DNA from: an uncultured bacterium
Lineage (GTDB): Bacteria; Zixibacteria; MSB-5A5; GN15; FEB-12
Direction: 5' to 3'
NCBI GenBank assembly: GCA_965372795.1
Contig: CBDVDR010000002.1
Location: forward strand, 192,001-256,000
Length of the DNA: 64,000 nt
Shown: in pieces, positions 17,686 to 28,469 of the stretch
Layout of the letters: each line of letters opens with the position of its first letter
Position numbering within the stretch: position 1 is the first letter of the stretch
Position numbers and translations under genes: made by a program
Notes under the pieces: generated by a model
What the model was told of the DNA's origin: nothing
Databases searched by the model: none
The model's input: only the letters and a program-made list of their open reading frames with translations

Positions 17686-18765
17686 ATGTATTTTTCATTG
17701 CCAACAGAGTATCGTGAAGCAAGTATTGATGATCTTAAAGAACGGATCACACTCGCCAAAAACAGACTGGGTGAGAGACTTTGTATATTAGCTCATCATT
17801 ATCAGCGGGTTGATATTGTTGAATTTGGTGACCATGTCGGCGACAGTTATGGTTTATCAAAAATAGCAGCCGAGAACAAGGATGTTGAAACAATTGTTTT
17901 TTGCGGTGTCCATTTTATGGCGGAAGCGGCGGATATTTTAACCGATGAATCAAAATCGGTTTATTTGCCCAACCCGTTAGCGGGCTGTCCGATGGCTGAT
18001 ATGGCGGAGATGGCAGATGTCATGATTGCCTGGGAGCAGCTTGAAAAAATTGGCGGTGATGAACGAGTTATGCCGATTTCATATATGAATACTGCCGCCG
18101 GATTAAAAGCTTTTACGGGTCGTCACGGAGGATTGATCTGTACTTCCTCCAATGCTGCCGCTGCTTTAGATTATGGTTTTTCAAATCGGGAAAAGATATT
18201 TTTCTTCCCTGATCAACATCTGGGTCGTAACACAGCTTTAGCTTATGGGATTAAACCAGATGAGATCGTGGTTTGGGATTTCATGAAAGATTTGGGCGGG
18301 GTAACTACCGAAGAACTTGAACAGGCAAAAATAATTCTCTGGAAAGGGCATTGCCATGTCCATACCAATTTTACTGCGACTCATGTTGAAGAGATAAGAA
18401 GCAAGTATCCGGATGTAAAAGTTGTGGTTCACCCTGAGTGTCCACACGAGGTTGTAAAATTGGCTGATAGCTTCGGATCGACCAAACATATCGTAGAATT
18501 TTGTGAAAAAGCTCCTACCGGATCGACAATAGCAATCGGAACAGAAATTAACCTGATTAATCGGATGGCAAAAAACTATCCTGATAAGACTATAATAGAA
18601 CTTTCGGGACAGACTTGCCCGGTGTGTGCCAATATGTATCGTACCACGCTGAATGATCTGGCTTATACACTTGAAAATTACGAGACAATAAAACCTATTA
18701 AAGTTGTTGAACCAGTTCGGGGTGAAGCATTATTAGCACTTGAGAAAATGCTGAAAATACAATAG
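17686..18765 (+). CDS. nadA: Quinolinate synthase
   Basis: LAHHYQ, FCGVHFMAE, GCPMAD, CTSSNA, FFPDQHLG, CHVH, HPEC, C..M. Confidence 0.96.
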   Translation: MYFSLPTEYREASIDDLKERITLAKNRLGERLCILAHHYQRVDIVEFGDHVGDSYGLSKIAAENKDVETIVFCGVHFMAEAADILTDESKSVYLPNPLAGCPMADMAEMADVMIAWEQLEKIGGDERVMPISYMNTAAGLKAFTGRHGGLICTSSNAAAALDYGFSNREKIFFFPDQHLGRNTALAYGIKPDEIVVWDFMKDLGGVTTEELEQAKIILWKGHCHVHTNFTATHVEEIRSKYPDVKVVVHPECPHEVVKLADSFGSTKHIVEFCEKAPTGSTIAIGTEINLINRMAKNYPDKTIIELSGQTCPVCANMYRTTLNDLAYTLENYETIKPIKVVEPVRGEALLALEKMLKIQ

Positions 18766-18786
18766 GGTTAAAGGGCTTATAAAAAC

Positions 18787-18814
18787 TTGACTACATGGGT
18801 AGATGATCTATATT
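18787..18814 (+). promoter_or_regulatory. Sigma70-type promoter
   Basis: TTGACT-16 nt-TATATT upstream of the E2 gene. Confidence 0.5.
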
Positions 18815-18860
18815 TAGCTGAATTTTAAAATTAGATAATAATATATAAGGATAAATCAAA

Positions 18861-20219
18861 ATGGCAGTAGATGTTGTAGTTCCTCAGATGGGTGAATCGG
18901 TTTTAGAAGGGACAATCTTAGAGTGGAAAGTTAAAGTCGGCGATAAAATCAAAATCAATCAACCTCTGGTTGAGTTGATGACAGATAAAGTAAATGTTGA
19001 GATTCCGGCGGAAGTTGATGGTATTTTAGCCGGTATTTTTGTAAAAGAGGGTGATGTTGTTCCGGTTGGAGCAAGGATTGCTTCTATTGATGATGGTTCC
19101 CCCGATAAACCTGCCGCCGCACCTAAGAAAGCTGAGACAAAAGCTCCGGCTCCTCAGACGACAGCCAAGGCTCCTGAGGCAGCACCGGCACCTGTTAAAG
19201 CAGTTGCCAAAGCGACAGCTACTATTGGCAAAGGGAAAATGTCTCCTAAAGTTAAAATGCTTATTCGTCAGTATTCGATTGATCCTTCAACAATAACGCC
19301 TACCGGAAAAAATGGTTTAGTGACTGTTGATGATGTTATGCTGACGGTTGAGTCGCGTACTGTCGGGGCAGGATTCAGTACCGGTCCGGTTCCTTCACCG
19401 TCACTTCCATCGCTGCCGACGATAACAAAAAATCTTGATACGGCTATTTCAGAAGCTGCTAAAAAAGCACCTAATTTCAAAGTTGAGATTCCGGTTTTTG
19501 AAGCTCTTCCACAAAATATTCGTGAGCGTCATCTGCCTTTGGAAGGGATTAGAAAAATCATATCAGATCATATGGTTCATTCGGTTCAGAAGGCAACCCA
19601 TGTGACAACGTTTGAAGATATTGATCTGACAGAATTAACCAATTATCGCAACTCTATTAAAGAGCAGTTCAAAGCTGACTACGGGGTGAATATTACTTAT
19701 ATGCCATACATTGCCAAAGCTGTGTGTGCGGCGTTAAAGGAATATCCAAAAATTAACGCCTCGATGACTGAAAAAGAGATCATTTATAAAAATTATTATA
19801 ATATTGGAATCGCTGTTGCACGCGAGGAAGGTCTTATCGTTCCGGTCATAAAAGATGCCGATAAGAAAACAATCGTTGAACTAGCAGTTGAGATTGCGAG
19901 TCTTGGTGAGAAATCGCGCACTAACAGACTTTTGCCGGATGATGTTTCCGGTGGAACTTTTTCATTAACTAATGCCGGTATGTTTGGCGCCGGGGCTTCG
20001 ACTCCGATTATTAATCAACCCCAATCGGCAATTTTGGGAATCCATGCAATTTCGAAAAGACCATGGGTTATCAATGATGAGATCGTGATCAGACATATTT
20101 CAACTTTCGCGTTATCATTTGACCATAGATTAATTGATGGCCATGAAGCGGTTCAGTTCCTGCATCGTGTCCATGAGTTCCTTTCCGACCTTAAAAAACT
20201 AATGCTTTATTTACGGTAA
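18861..20219 (+). CDS. 2-oxoacid dehydrogenase E2 (dihydrolipoamide acyltransferase)
   Basis: Lipoyl domain TDKVN, Ala/Pro linker, subunit-binding domain (TG..G.VT..DV), catalytic DHRLIDG. Confidence 0.95.
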   Translation: MAVDVVVPQMGESVLEGTILEWKVKVGDKIKINQPLVELMTDKVNVEIPAEVDGILAGIFVKEGDVVPVGARIASIDDGSPDKPAAAPKKAETKAPAPQTTAKAPEAAPAPVKAVAKATATIGKGKMSPKVKMLIRQYSIDPSTITPTGKNGLVTVDDVMLTVESRTVGAGFSTGPVPSPSLPSLPTITKNLDTAISEAAKKAPNFKVEIPVFEALPQNIRERHLPLEGIRKIISDHMVHSVQKATHVTTFEDIDLTELTNYRNSIKEQFKADYGVNITYMPYIAKAVCAALKEYPKINASMTEKEIIYKNYYNIGIAVAREEGLIVPVIKDADKKTIVELAVEIASLGEKSRTNRLLPDDVSGGTFSLTNAGMFGAGASTPIINQPQSAILGIHAISKRPWVINDEIVIRHISTFALSFDHRLIDGHEAVQFLHRVHEFLSDLKKLMLYLR

Positions 20220-20923
20220 TGAAGAAAATCGTAGATAACGACCTCTGCGGGTGGGTGCTTGAACTTGGAAAGATAGAGTTTGAACTTGCTCATACCTGGC
20301 AGAAGGGGCTGGTCAAAATGCGTAAAGAGGGGATGGCGCGTGATACAATTATTTTCGTTGAACACCCTCCGGTAATAACCGTTGGGAAAGATGGCCACGA
20401 GGATAATTACAAAGATTTAGATCCAGCTCCGATAAAAATTGAGCGCGGCGGTGATGTCACGTATCATGGTCCCGGACAGCTCGTGATATATTTTATTTTT
20501 AATCTAAACCGGCGGGGTAAAGACCTGCATGATTTTATGAATAAAGTTCAAGCCGGAATGATTAATGCACTGGGTAAGTTTAAAATAGATGCAAAGAAGG
20601 GTGAGAAATATACCGGTGTCTGGGTGGGAGAAAAGAAAATCGCCTCAATTGGAATTGCTGTCAAGAACTGGATAACATTTCATGGGGCGGCGTTGAATCT
20701 TAATACTGATTTAAGCGAATTTAAAGCAATTAATCCATGTGGATTGGATGCCGAGACAATGGTTTCAGTGAATAAGTTGTTGAATAAAAAAGTAGATATG
20801 AAAGCGATGCAAAAAGTTTTGCTTGAAGAATATTCTAAAATATTCGATACTGTTTTTTATCCGATAAAATTAGACGGACTTGCAGAGGATATTGAATCAC
20901 AGGCAGGCGGATATACTATCTAA
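20219..20923 (+). CDS. lipB: Lipoyl(octanoyl) transferase
   Basis: EHPPVITVG, RGGDVTYHGPGQ, KIASIG, HG.ALN, INPCG. Confidence 0.96.
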   Translation: MKKIVDNDLCGWVLELGKIEFELAHTWQKGLVKMRKEGMARDTIIFVEHPPVITVGKDGHEDNYKDLDPAPIKIERGGDVTYHGPGQLVIYFIFNLNRRGKDLHDFMNKVQAGMINALGKFKIDAKKGEKYTGVWVGEKKIASIGIAVKNWITFHGAALNLNTDLSEFKAINPCGLDAETMVSVNKLLNKKVDMKAMQKVLLEEYSKIFDTVFYPIKLDGLAEDIESQAGGYTI

Positions 20924-20955
20924 GTATATCAATTCTGTTTGAGAAGAAAGGAAAT

Positions 20956-21708
20956 ATGGAGAAGGAACTCAAAGGAAAAGTTGCTTTTGTTTCTGGAGGA
21001 ACAAAGGGGATTGGCTTAGAGATCTCCCGCAAACTTGCTGAAAAGGGTGCGAATGTTGTAATTAATTATTTCAGGTCGCGACAGTCAGCGAATGATGCGG
21101 TTGAAGAGATTAAAAAGTTTGGCGTAGAATGTTATGCTCATCGAGCTAATATTGGAAATCCTGATCAGCTTCCGGCGATTTTTGACGGGATCAAAGAAAG
21201 ATTCGGGAAACTTGATATTCTGGTTTCAAACGCAGCCCTGGGTCTGTTTACCAATATGCTTGACATTGATGATAAAGCCTGGGATCTATCTATGCACACC
21301 AATGCTCGAGCATTTTTGCATTGTATTCAATTAGGTACTCCGTTAATGCCGGACAATAGCCGGATTGTATCGCTGTCATCATTGGGTTCAATCAGATATA
21401 TACCAGGATATGCCTCTATCGGAGTTTCCAAAGCAGCGATTGAAAATATTGTCAAATATGCTGCTATTGAATTAGCAGAAAAACGGATTACGGTTAATTG
21501 TGTTTCCGGCGGATTTATTGATACCAATGCTTTAAAAGTATTCCCTAATTATGAAGAGATGCTTGAAGGAGTCAAAGAGCGGACACCATTTAAAAGAGTT
21601 GGAACACCGGCCGAGATTGCAGATGTGGTCGTTTTTATGGCTGGTCCGAAAGCCAGCTGGATTACCGGACAGACTATTATTGTTGATGGCGGTTATTCGT
21701 TGATGTAG
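20956..21708 (+). CDS. fabL: Enoyl-ACP reductase FabL-like SDR
   Basis: SGGTKGIG, SNAALG, YxxxxxxK (YASIGVSK), ITGQTIIVDGG. Confidence 0.75.
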   Translation: MEKELKGKVAFVSGGTKGIGLEISRKLAEKGANVVINYFRSRQSANDAVEEIKKFGVECYAHRANIGNPDQLPAIFDGIKERFGKLDILVSNAALGLFTNMLDIDDKAWDLSMHTNARAFLHCIQLGTPLMPDNSRIVSLSSLGSIRYIPGYASIGVSKAAIENIVKYAAIELAEKRITVNCVSGGFIDTNALKVFPNYEEMLEGVKERTPFKRVGTPAEIADVVVFMAGPKASWITGQTIIVDGGYSLM

Positions 21709-21741
21709 AAGGATAGAAGAGCCACTTTTTATTATAAATTT

Positions 21742-21774
21742 AAGTCAGGATCGTTTTGGTCCTGACTTTTTTTA
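21742..21774. terminator. Terminator between convergent genes
   Basis: AAGTCAGGATC-GTTTT-GGTCCTGACTT followed by a T run. Confidence 0.8.
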
Positions 21775-22938
21775 TTTGGCGCGGAGGGCGTTGATGATTT
21801 TCATGCGCGATGCTGATACCGCCGGTAGAAAACCGCCGATTATTCCCATCGTAATTGAAAAGATCATAGCTCCTAAAATAATATCTGATGAAATTTCAAA
21901 AGAGAAGGCAAGTTCGGCAAAGGTGTCCCAGTTGGTTGTGGAAACTTCAAGAAACCGTAAGAATGAGGCACCGATAATTCCTAAGATGCCGGAGATGATT
22001 GAAATTAAAATAGCTTCTATTAAAAAAGTAGCCAAAATATTTCTACGCCTGAAACCCAAAGCTCTCAGAGTACCGATCTCTTTGGTCCGATTCGCAACCG
22101 AAGCATACATCGTAATCATCGCCCCGACAATAGCTCCGAGTGAGAAGAAGATGCTAACCACCATTCCGAGGACATTTATAAAAGTGGTTGTCATAACAGA
22201 TTGTTTGGCGTAATAATCTTTTTCATGGTGAACTTCAAGCGTCAGTCTCGGATCGATTTCAATTCTTTTTTTCATGGCTTCAAATTCATCAGGGGATGTT
22301 AATCTAAAAGTCAGTGATGAGGCGATAGGCCGGTCGAAGGCGTCCTGGAGCTGTCTGTTATCTCCCCAGAGTTCCGATTCGAAACCGGAACCGTTATCTT
22401 TGAAAATCCCAACCACGGTCCAGTCTCGATTTCCAAAGCGGACCGATTCACCCAGCCCGCACCCGTTAAAATTATTTGCCACTTTTGCACCGGCAATAAT
22501 TTCAGAAGTGCCCTCGTGCCACATCCGCCCCTCAACAATTTCAACATTGGAACGAAGTTTGATAGACATCTCGGTCACACCGCGGACCGGGATATTACTG
22601 GGTTCATCATTGCTGCGTTTGTTTTGTATTATCAATACAAGCATTTCATTGGTGAACATAAGCGAGCCGTCGGTGTCCGATTTGATAGACGGGTCTGCTT
22701 TGGCGATATTGATTTGATCCTGAAAAATTATCGACATCACTTCACTTTGAGAAGCTTTACGGATAATAATGCCGTTGTTGTCCTGACCTGTTTCAGCCAG
22801 AGTTGTATTCATGCCATGAGAAAGCATCAGAACCGCAGCAAAAACGAACACAACCAAAGCCAAGCCGAATACGGTTAAGCCGGTAGTTAATTTTCGGGCA
22901 ATAATATTTTTAAAAGTATAACTTACAAGTAACGGCAT
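21772..22938 (-). CDS. MacB/FtsX-family ABC permease
   Basis: One N-terminal TM, periplasmic domain, RTKEIGTLRALGF, three C-terminal TMs. Confidence 0.93.
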   Translation of the reverse strand: MPLLVSYTFKNIIARKLTTGLTVFGLALVVFVFAAVLMLSHGMNTTLAETGQDNNGIIIRKASQSEVMSIIFQDQINIAKADPSIKSDTDGSLMFTNEMLVLIIQNKRSNDEPSNIPVRGVTEMSIKLRSNVEIVEGRMWHEGTSEIIAGAKVANNFNGCGLGESVRFGNRDWTVVGIFKDNGSGFESELWGDNRQLQDAFDRPIASSLTFRLTSPDEFEAMKKRIEIDPRLTLEVHHEKDYYAKQSVMTTTFINVLGMVVSIFFSLGAIVGAMITMYASVANRTKEIGTLRALGFRRRNILATFLIEAILISIISGILGIIGASFLRFLEVSTTNWDTFAELAFSFEISSDIILGAMIFSITMGIIGGFLPAVSASRMKIINALRAK

Positions 22939-22945
22939 AATTTCC

Positions 22946-24103
22946 TCAATCGATTATTCTTAAGCCATCAACAATTGGCGTTTTTAAAGCTTTTATGGAT
23001 GGGAAAATGGCGGCTACCAATCCCACCAGAAGTGATGCCCCCATAGCCAGAATTGGTGTCATGGTGCCAACTACAAAGACCGGAAACCAATCGCTGATAG
23101 CAATAAACACTAATTTGGTAATCGGAACAGTAAGTACCAGGCCCAGTACTCCTCCCAAAATTGCAATTATGATAGATTCACCAAAGATCATTCCGATTAT
23201 ATGATGGGGTCTGAATCCCAGAGTTTTCATAACAGCATATTCAGAGATTCTTTCACGAGCGGTCATTGCCATAGTATTTGCCAGAACCAATAGAATAATT
23301 CCTATTACGAGAATTGAGATTATTTTTAAACCGGTTACAATTGATGATGCCATGGAAACAAAGCTCAATTGGAACGATTCTTCAGTTTCGGTAAGGGTTT
23401 CTGCTAATGAATTTTCAAATAGTTTATCAATTTGCTGCGAGATGTTTGCGGCCTGACTCGGATCATCAATTTGAACAGCAAACATGCCGACCCCACCGGC
23501 AAGAGGCGGAAATTCTTTACGCATCCGTTCATCTAAGTAATCATACCGGAATAAAAATTGTGATTCATCGGTGGTTTCTTTTTTTCCGGTGTAAATTCCT
23601 TTTATAATAAAACCCCAATCACCGGGAAAGATTGTGCCGGTAATTTGAACCTGATCACCTAAGGACCAGCCAAAACGATCAGCCAGTTTCCTTCCGACAA
23701 TACAACTGTTTCTTTGGCTGTTAAAGGCTTCCAAATGTTCCGGCTCAATAATAAAATCATTGTAAATTTCCAGATAGTTTTCATGGTCGATTGAAAATTG
23801 GGCAAAGAAATTTTTTGGGTCGATATAAACACCGCCAAACCATTGGGCATGGGCTATTTTGGAAATCCCTTCAATTTTTTCAATCTTATTGCGGTAGCTA
23901 AGGGGAAGGCTGAAGGTGAGTGAAACAGCATGTCTGACAATCAAGCGGTTAGGGGAGGCGGCTTCGGCTTGTGAATACCAGGCTGAAACGGTGGTCCTGA
24001 TCACAATAAATGCCATAACCGCAATTGCCAATCCGAAGATTGTTAAAAAAGTACGGAGTTTATGACGAAAGGCATTTTTGGTGATGAGTTTTAAAAATTT
24101 CAT
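22946..24103 (-). CDS. MacB/FtsX-family ABC permease
   Basis: [14 protein letters not shown]; same topology as its neighbour. Confidence 0.93.
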   Translation of the reverse strand: MKFLKLITKNAFRHKLRTFLTIFGLAIAVMAFIVIRTTVSAWYSQAEAASPNRLIVRHAVSLTFSLPLSYRNKIEKIEGISKIAHAQWFGGVYIDPKNFFAQFSIDHENYLEIYNDFIIEPEHLEAFNSQRNSCIVGRKLADRFGWSLGDQVQITGTIFPGDWGFIIKGIYTGKKETTDESQFLFRYDYLDERMRKEFPPLAGGVGMFAVQIDDPSQAANISQQIDKLFENSLAETLTETEESFQLSFVSMASSIVTGLKIISILVIGIILLVLANTMAMTARERISEYAVMKTLGFRPHHIIGMIFGESIIIAILGGVLGLVLTVPITKLVFIAISDWFPVFVVGTMTPILAMGASLLVGLVAAIFPSIKALKTPIVDGLRIID

Positions 24104-24780
24104 GCCGGCAACAGTTCCCCTTTATCAAGGTTTCGAACCGAGTCTGCTTTTTCTGTTGCCCGGGGATCATGGGTTACCATGATAATAGTTTTTTTGTACT
24201 CGCTGTTTAATCTGGACAGCAGGTTCATAATATCTTCTGCCGACTGCTTGTCGAGATCGCCGGTTGGTTCATCAGCTAAGATCAAATCAGGGTCGGTGAC
24301 AATGGCGCGGGCGATGGCTACCCTTTGTTCCTGTCCGCCGGAAAGTTGATTCGGATAATGACGCATCCTGTCTCCCAAGCCGACAATTTGTAAAGCTGTT
24401 TCAACCTGTTGACGGCGTTCTTTTTTATTCAGTTTGGTCAGAAGGAGAGGAAGTTCGACATTTTCAAAGGCGGTTAAGACCGGCATCAAATTATAGAATT
24501 GGAAAACAAATCCGATGGTGCGACTGCGCCAGTTAGCAAGTTTTGATTCTGAGAGTTCAGATACGTTTTCTCCACCAACAAAAATAGATCCTCTGGAAGG
24601 TCGATCAATACCGGCGATTAAATTCAATAAGGTTGTTTTGCCTGAACCGGACGGTCCCATCAAGGCGATAAATTGTCCGATTTTAATTTCAAGTTCAATG
24701 CCGTGAAGGACAGGGATTTCGATTGTGTCCCGCCAGTATGATTTATGTACCGATTGTACGTTTACAAGAACTTCTGACAT
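24100..24780 (-). CDS. ABC ATPase (LolD/MacB type)
   Basis: [26 protein letters not shown]. Confidence 0.96.
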   Translation of the reverse strand: MSEVLVNVQSVHKSYWRDTIEIPVLHGIELEIKIGQFIALMGPSGSGKTTLLNLIAGIDRPSRGSIFVGGENVSELSESKLANWRSRTIGFVFQFYNLMPVLTAFENVELPLLLTKLNKKERRQQVETALQIVGLGDRMRHYPNQLSGGQEQRVAIARAIVTDPDLILADEPTGDLDKQSAEDIMNLLSRLNSEYKKTIIMVTHDPRATEKADSVRNLDKGELLPA

Positions 24781-24794
24781 TTGTTACCTTTTAT

Positions 24795-25988
24795 TTAATA
24801 TGATAATTCAACTTTTTGATCGGTTTTCATTTTACCGGGAGGAGACAGAACCAGTTTGTCACCCTGAGTTACTCCGTTTAATATTTCGGTTTTATCGCCT
24901 AAAACTCTGCCAAGTTCGACCATCGTTTGAGTTACGTAACCATCCTGAACGATAAAAACAACTTTTTGGTCATCTCTGGTAGTTATAGCACTATTGGGAA
25001 TACCAATCACAGGTTTTGTTGTAATATTTGATGGAGCACTGTCTTCAAAAAAGAAATTAACCCGGGCAGACATTTCGGGAAGAACTTTGCTATCAATCTC
25101 GACAAAAGCAATTTTAGTCATGACGGTTGCCCGCGTTCTGTCGGCAGTGGGGACGATTTTTTTAACATAGCCGGGGTAGGGATTGTTGGGGTAAGCATCC
25201 AGAATAATTTCACATTTTTGCTCACGCGAAACTTTGTTAATATTCGATTCTGATACATCAGCTTCAACTTCAAGCGAATTCATGTCAGCGAGAGTTACAA
25301 CCGAACCTTTTGAAGATGGCGAAGAGGCAAAGGGAGCAACAATCTCCCCGACGTCAGCATTTTTACTCAGGATCGTTCCATCAAAGGGGGCTTTAATATA
25401 GGTGTTTTCAAGATCAACTTTTGCGGCATTCACCGCCGCTTTGGCGCCGGCAACATTTGCTTTTGATATTTCGACGGCTGTTTCAGCATATTCAAAGTCA
25501 GTCTCTGTAATAGAACCGGAATTGAAGAGTTTTTTATTTCGTTTGAATTGTCGTTCGGTATTAGAAAGATCAGCCGAGGCTTTCAACAGTTCAGCTTTGG
25601 CAATTTCGAGATAGGCTTTGATATCATTGTTATCAAGTTCAGCAATAATTTCATTCGCTTTAACCTGATCGCCTTCTTCGAAACCAAGGAATTTCAATCG
25701 TCCGGTACCTTTGGAGGCTACTTCAGCTTTTCGCTGAGCCACAACATACCCGGTTGCGACCAATGAGGCTTGGGATTCTGAACCGGTGATTAAAGTAGCG
25801 GTTGCGATTTTTACTTTTGTCGCAGGGGTTAATTTTTCTTTGAATAATTGATAAGAGAAAATTACAGCAATAATGACAACAAGTATGATGAGATAAGTCC
25901 AGATTTTGCTTTTGGGCCGGTCATCATATTTTTTTGTTTTGTCAATTTTTAGGGCAGAGAGATCAGGTCTTTTATTTGTCTCCGACAT
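24795..25988 (-). CDS. Efflux periplasmic adaptor (MacA/HlyD-like)
   Basis: N-terminal anchor, lipoyl-like halves, coiled coil, IKAPFDG. Confidence 0.93.
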   Translation of the reverse strand: MSETNKRPDLSALKIDKTKKYDDRPKSKIWTYLIILVVIIAVIFSYQLFKEKLTPATKVKIATATLITGSESQASLVATGYVVAQRKAEVASKGTGRLKFLGFEEGDQVKANEIIAELDNNDIKAYLEIAKAELLKASADLSNTERQFKRNKKLFNSGSITETDFEYAETAVEISKANVAGAKAAVNAAKVDLENTYIKAPFDGTILSKNADVGEIVAPFASSPSSKGSVVTLADMNSLEVEADVSESNINKVSREQKCEIILDAYPNNPYPGYVKKIVPTADRTRATVMTKIAFVEIDSKVLPEMSARVNFFFEDSAPSNITTKPVIGIPNSAITTRDDQKVVFIVQDGYVTQTMVELGRVLGDKTEILNGVTQGDKLVLSPPGKMKTDQKVELSY

Positions 25989-26084
25989 CAATTTGTTCCA
26001 TATGTAATGGTTAATATTGGAGTAAAAAAATAAACTTAAATTTTGTTTAAGTAAAGACTAAAATATTAAATGTGATATTAATAT

Positions 26085-26396
26085 TTACCAGATGCCGAGC
26101 ACGTCTTTCGCCGCATCGGAACACATCTCATTCGGATCCCATGGCGGATCCCAAACAAGTGTAACTTTAACATTTGTAACGCCATCAAGTTTTTCGGCTT
26201 CACGATGAACCATAGAAACCAGCATTTCACCATAAGGACAAGCCGGAGTTGTTAGAGTCATTTTAACTTCAACTTCACCAGCATCGCTGATAATAGCATC
26301 GTAGATAAGTCCCAAATCAACAATTCCAACCCTGATTTCAGGGTCGTGAATCGGTTTTAATACTTCGATTATTTCATCTTTAGTAGGTATAGGCAT
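26085..26396 (-). CDS. sufT: DUF59/SufT-like Fe-S maturation factor
   Basis: DPE...IVDLGLIY, MTLTTPACP, WDPPW. Confidence 0.9.
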   Translation of the reverse strand: MPIPTKDEIIEVLKPIHDPEIRVGIVDLGLIYDAIISDAGEVEVKMTLTTPACPYGEMLVSMVHREAEKLDGVTNVKVTLVWDPPWDPNEMCSDAAKDVLGIW

Positions 26397-26398
26397 AA

Positions 26399-26872
26399 TT
26401 AACTTTCTTCAGTATTGGTTTTACTCTGGTCTTTACCTTCCTGATAATTTTTGACTCCATCTAAAAAGGTAACCCAGGATAGCAGTGCACATTTCACCCT
26501 GACAGGGAAGTTCCGAACCCCTTTGAGGGCATCAAGGTCTTCAAACTCTTCAGGAACCTCGACTTCTTCGCCTATTAGCATTTTTTTAACCAGTTCTGCA
26601 ATTCGTTTGACTTCTTCAAGTGATCTGCCTTTTGAGATTTCGGCAAACATTGATCCGGATGCAACCGATATGGCGCACCCACGACAACTGACATAGACAT
26701 CTTTGATATTGTCATCGCTAATTTCGACCTCTAAATTGATTTCATCGCCACATGAAGGATTCATACCTTCAGAAGCAATATCCGATTTTTTCAGAGGCTT
26801 TTTGCCCCGAGGTGAACGATAATGATCAAGGATAATGTCCCGGTACATATCATCTAAGTTTTCATCGCTCAT
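26399..26872 (-). CDS. sufU: SufU sulfur-transfer/scaffold protein
   Basis: IILDHY, NPSCGD, GCAISVAS, RVKCALL. Confidence 0.94.
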   Translation of the reverse strand: MSDENLDDMYRDIILDHYRSPRGKKPLKKSDIASEGMNPSCGDEINLEVEISDDNIKDVYVSCRGCAISVASGSMFAEISKGRSLEEVKRIAELVKKMLIGEEVEVPEEFEDLDALKGVRNFPVRVKCALLSWVTFLDGVKNYQEGKDQSKTNTEES

Positions 26873-28152
26873 ACGCCAAAGTATCTCCTCATAGAAGTTA
26901 AAGACTCAAACAGAGCATCAATATCAGTTTCATCGTTATATATATACAAAGATGCTCTTGCTGTGGCAACTTTTCCCATAATTCTCATTAGCGGCTGGGC
27001 GCAGTGATGTCCGGCACGGATAGCAATACCTTTTGAGTCGAGATAGGTGCTAATGTCGTGGGGGTGGATGTCTTTATCGGTAAAAGAAATCGCCCCGCCG
27101 CGCTGGTCAGGTTCCTGAGGACCCTGAATTTCCAAACCTTCAATTTGTGATAATTTTTCAAGAGCATAAGCGGTAAGATCAATCTCATGCTGGCGAATTT
27201 TATCCATCCCGATATCTTCCAGATATTTTAAAGCGGCATCAAAGGCAACAACATCGGCAATATTCGGAGTGCCGGCTTCAAATTTGTTAGGGATTTCGTT
27301 CCATGTAATTTTATCAAACCGTACTTCTCGAATCATTTCTCCGCCCATATTAAAGGGGGGCATTTCTTCAAGAAGGTGTTTTTTTCCATAAAGAATACCA
27401 ACGCCGGTTGGTCCCAGCATTTTATGAGATGAGAAGGTATAAAAATCAACGCCCAATTCTTTAACATCAATCGGCATATGAGGGGCAGACTGGGCACCAT
27501 CGGCAAGGACTATGGCTCCAACCTTGTGGGCTTTTTCTGTGATTTCTTTAATCGGGTTTATGGTTCCCAAAACATTCGACATATGGCAGATTGCAACCAG
27601 TTTTGTTTTTTTGGTCAGGATGTTGTCGATATCACTCAAATCAAGATGACCGCAAAGAGTGATGGGAATCCGCTTGAGAATAGCCTTTTTCTTTTTGGCG
27701 AGAATTACCCAGGGAACCAAATTGGCGTGATGTTCCATTTCGGAAATAACAATTTCGTCGCCTTCTTTGATATTTTCATCTGCCCAGGTGTAATAGAGCA
27801 GGTTGATTGCTTCGGTTGTACCGCGTGTAAAAATAATTTCTTCCGGTTCAACGCCGCCGATAAATTTAGCCACATGAACCCTTGTTTTTTCATAAGATTC
27901 AGTTGCCCGTTCAGCCAGAGTATGCAACCCGCGATGGATATTAGAATTTGATTTACGATAGAATTCTAATATGGAATTTATCACAGCTCTGGGCTTTTGA
28001 GTCGAAGCGGCATTGTCAAGATAAACCAGACGGTTGCCGTTGATCTTCTCTTTCAGAATCGGGAAATCGGCTTTAATCAATTCAACATCAAGAGCGTCAG
28101 TTTTATTGACTGCAATGATTTCACCTTTTTCGTTTGATACAAGTTTTCCCAC
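26869..28152 (-). CDS. sufS: Cysteine desulfurase (group II)
   Basis: YLDNAAS, SSHKMLGPTG, RAGHHCAQP. Confidence 0.96.
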   Translation of the reverse strand: MGKLVSNEKGEIIAVNKTDALDVELIKADFPILKEKINGNRLVYLDNAASTQKPRAVINSILEFYRKSNSNIHRGLHTLAERATESYEKTRVHVAKFIGGVEPEEIIFTRGTTEAINLLYYTWADENIKEGDEIVISEMEHHANLVPWVILAKKKKAILKRIPITLCGHLDLSDIDNILTKKTKLVAICHMSNVLGTINPIKEITEKAHKVGAIVLADGAQSAPHMPIDVKELGVDFYTFSSHKMLGPTGVGILYGKKHLLEEMPPFNMGGEMIREVRFDKITWNEIPNKFEAGTPNIADVVAFDAALKYLEDIGMDKIRQHEIDLTAYALEKLSQIEGLEIQGPQEPDQRGGAISFTDKDIHPHDISTYLDSKGIAIRAGHHCAQPLMRIMGKVATARASLYIYNDETDIDALFESLTSMRRYFGV

Positions 28153-28154
28153 TC

Positions 28155-28469
28155 TTAATCTCCTACTTTTACCAGGATGTTATTACCATCTATTTTAATC
28201 TCAAAAGTTTCCAAAGGCACGATTGCAGGCGGAGCTTTGACAGCACCATTTGTAACATCAAATTTTGCCCCATGCCTGGGACACATAAGAATATTATTTT
28301 TTAATCGTCCAGTACTAATCGGAGCAGAATCGTGGGAACATTCATCTTCAATAGCATAGAATTTCCCATCAACATTGCAAATTAATATTCTTTCAAAATC
28401 AATTTCAAAAGTTTTCATCTGTCCTAATTCTATTTCCGAAACATTGGCTACTTTTTTGAATTCACCCAT
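28155..28469 (-). CDS. Rieske-type ferredoxin
   Basis: CSH...CPRHGAKFD. Confidence 0.92.
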   Translation of the reverse strand: MGEFKKVANVSEIELGQMKTFEIDFERILICNVDGKFYAIEDECSHDSAPISTGRLKNNILMCPRHGAKFDVTNGAVKAPPAIVPLETFEIKIDGNNILVKVGD

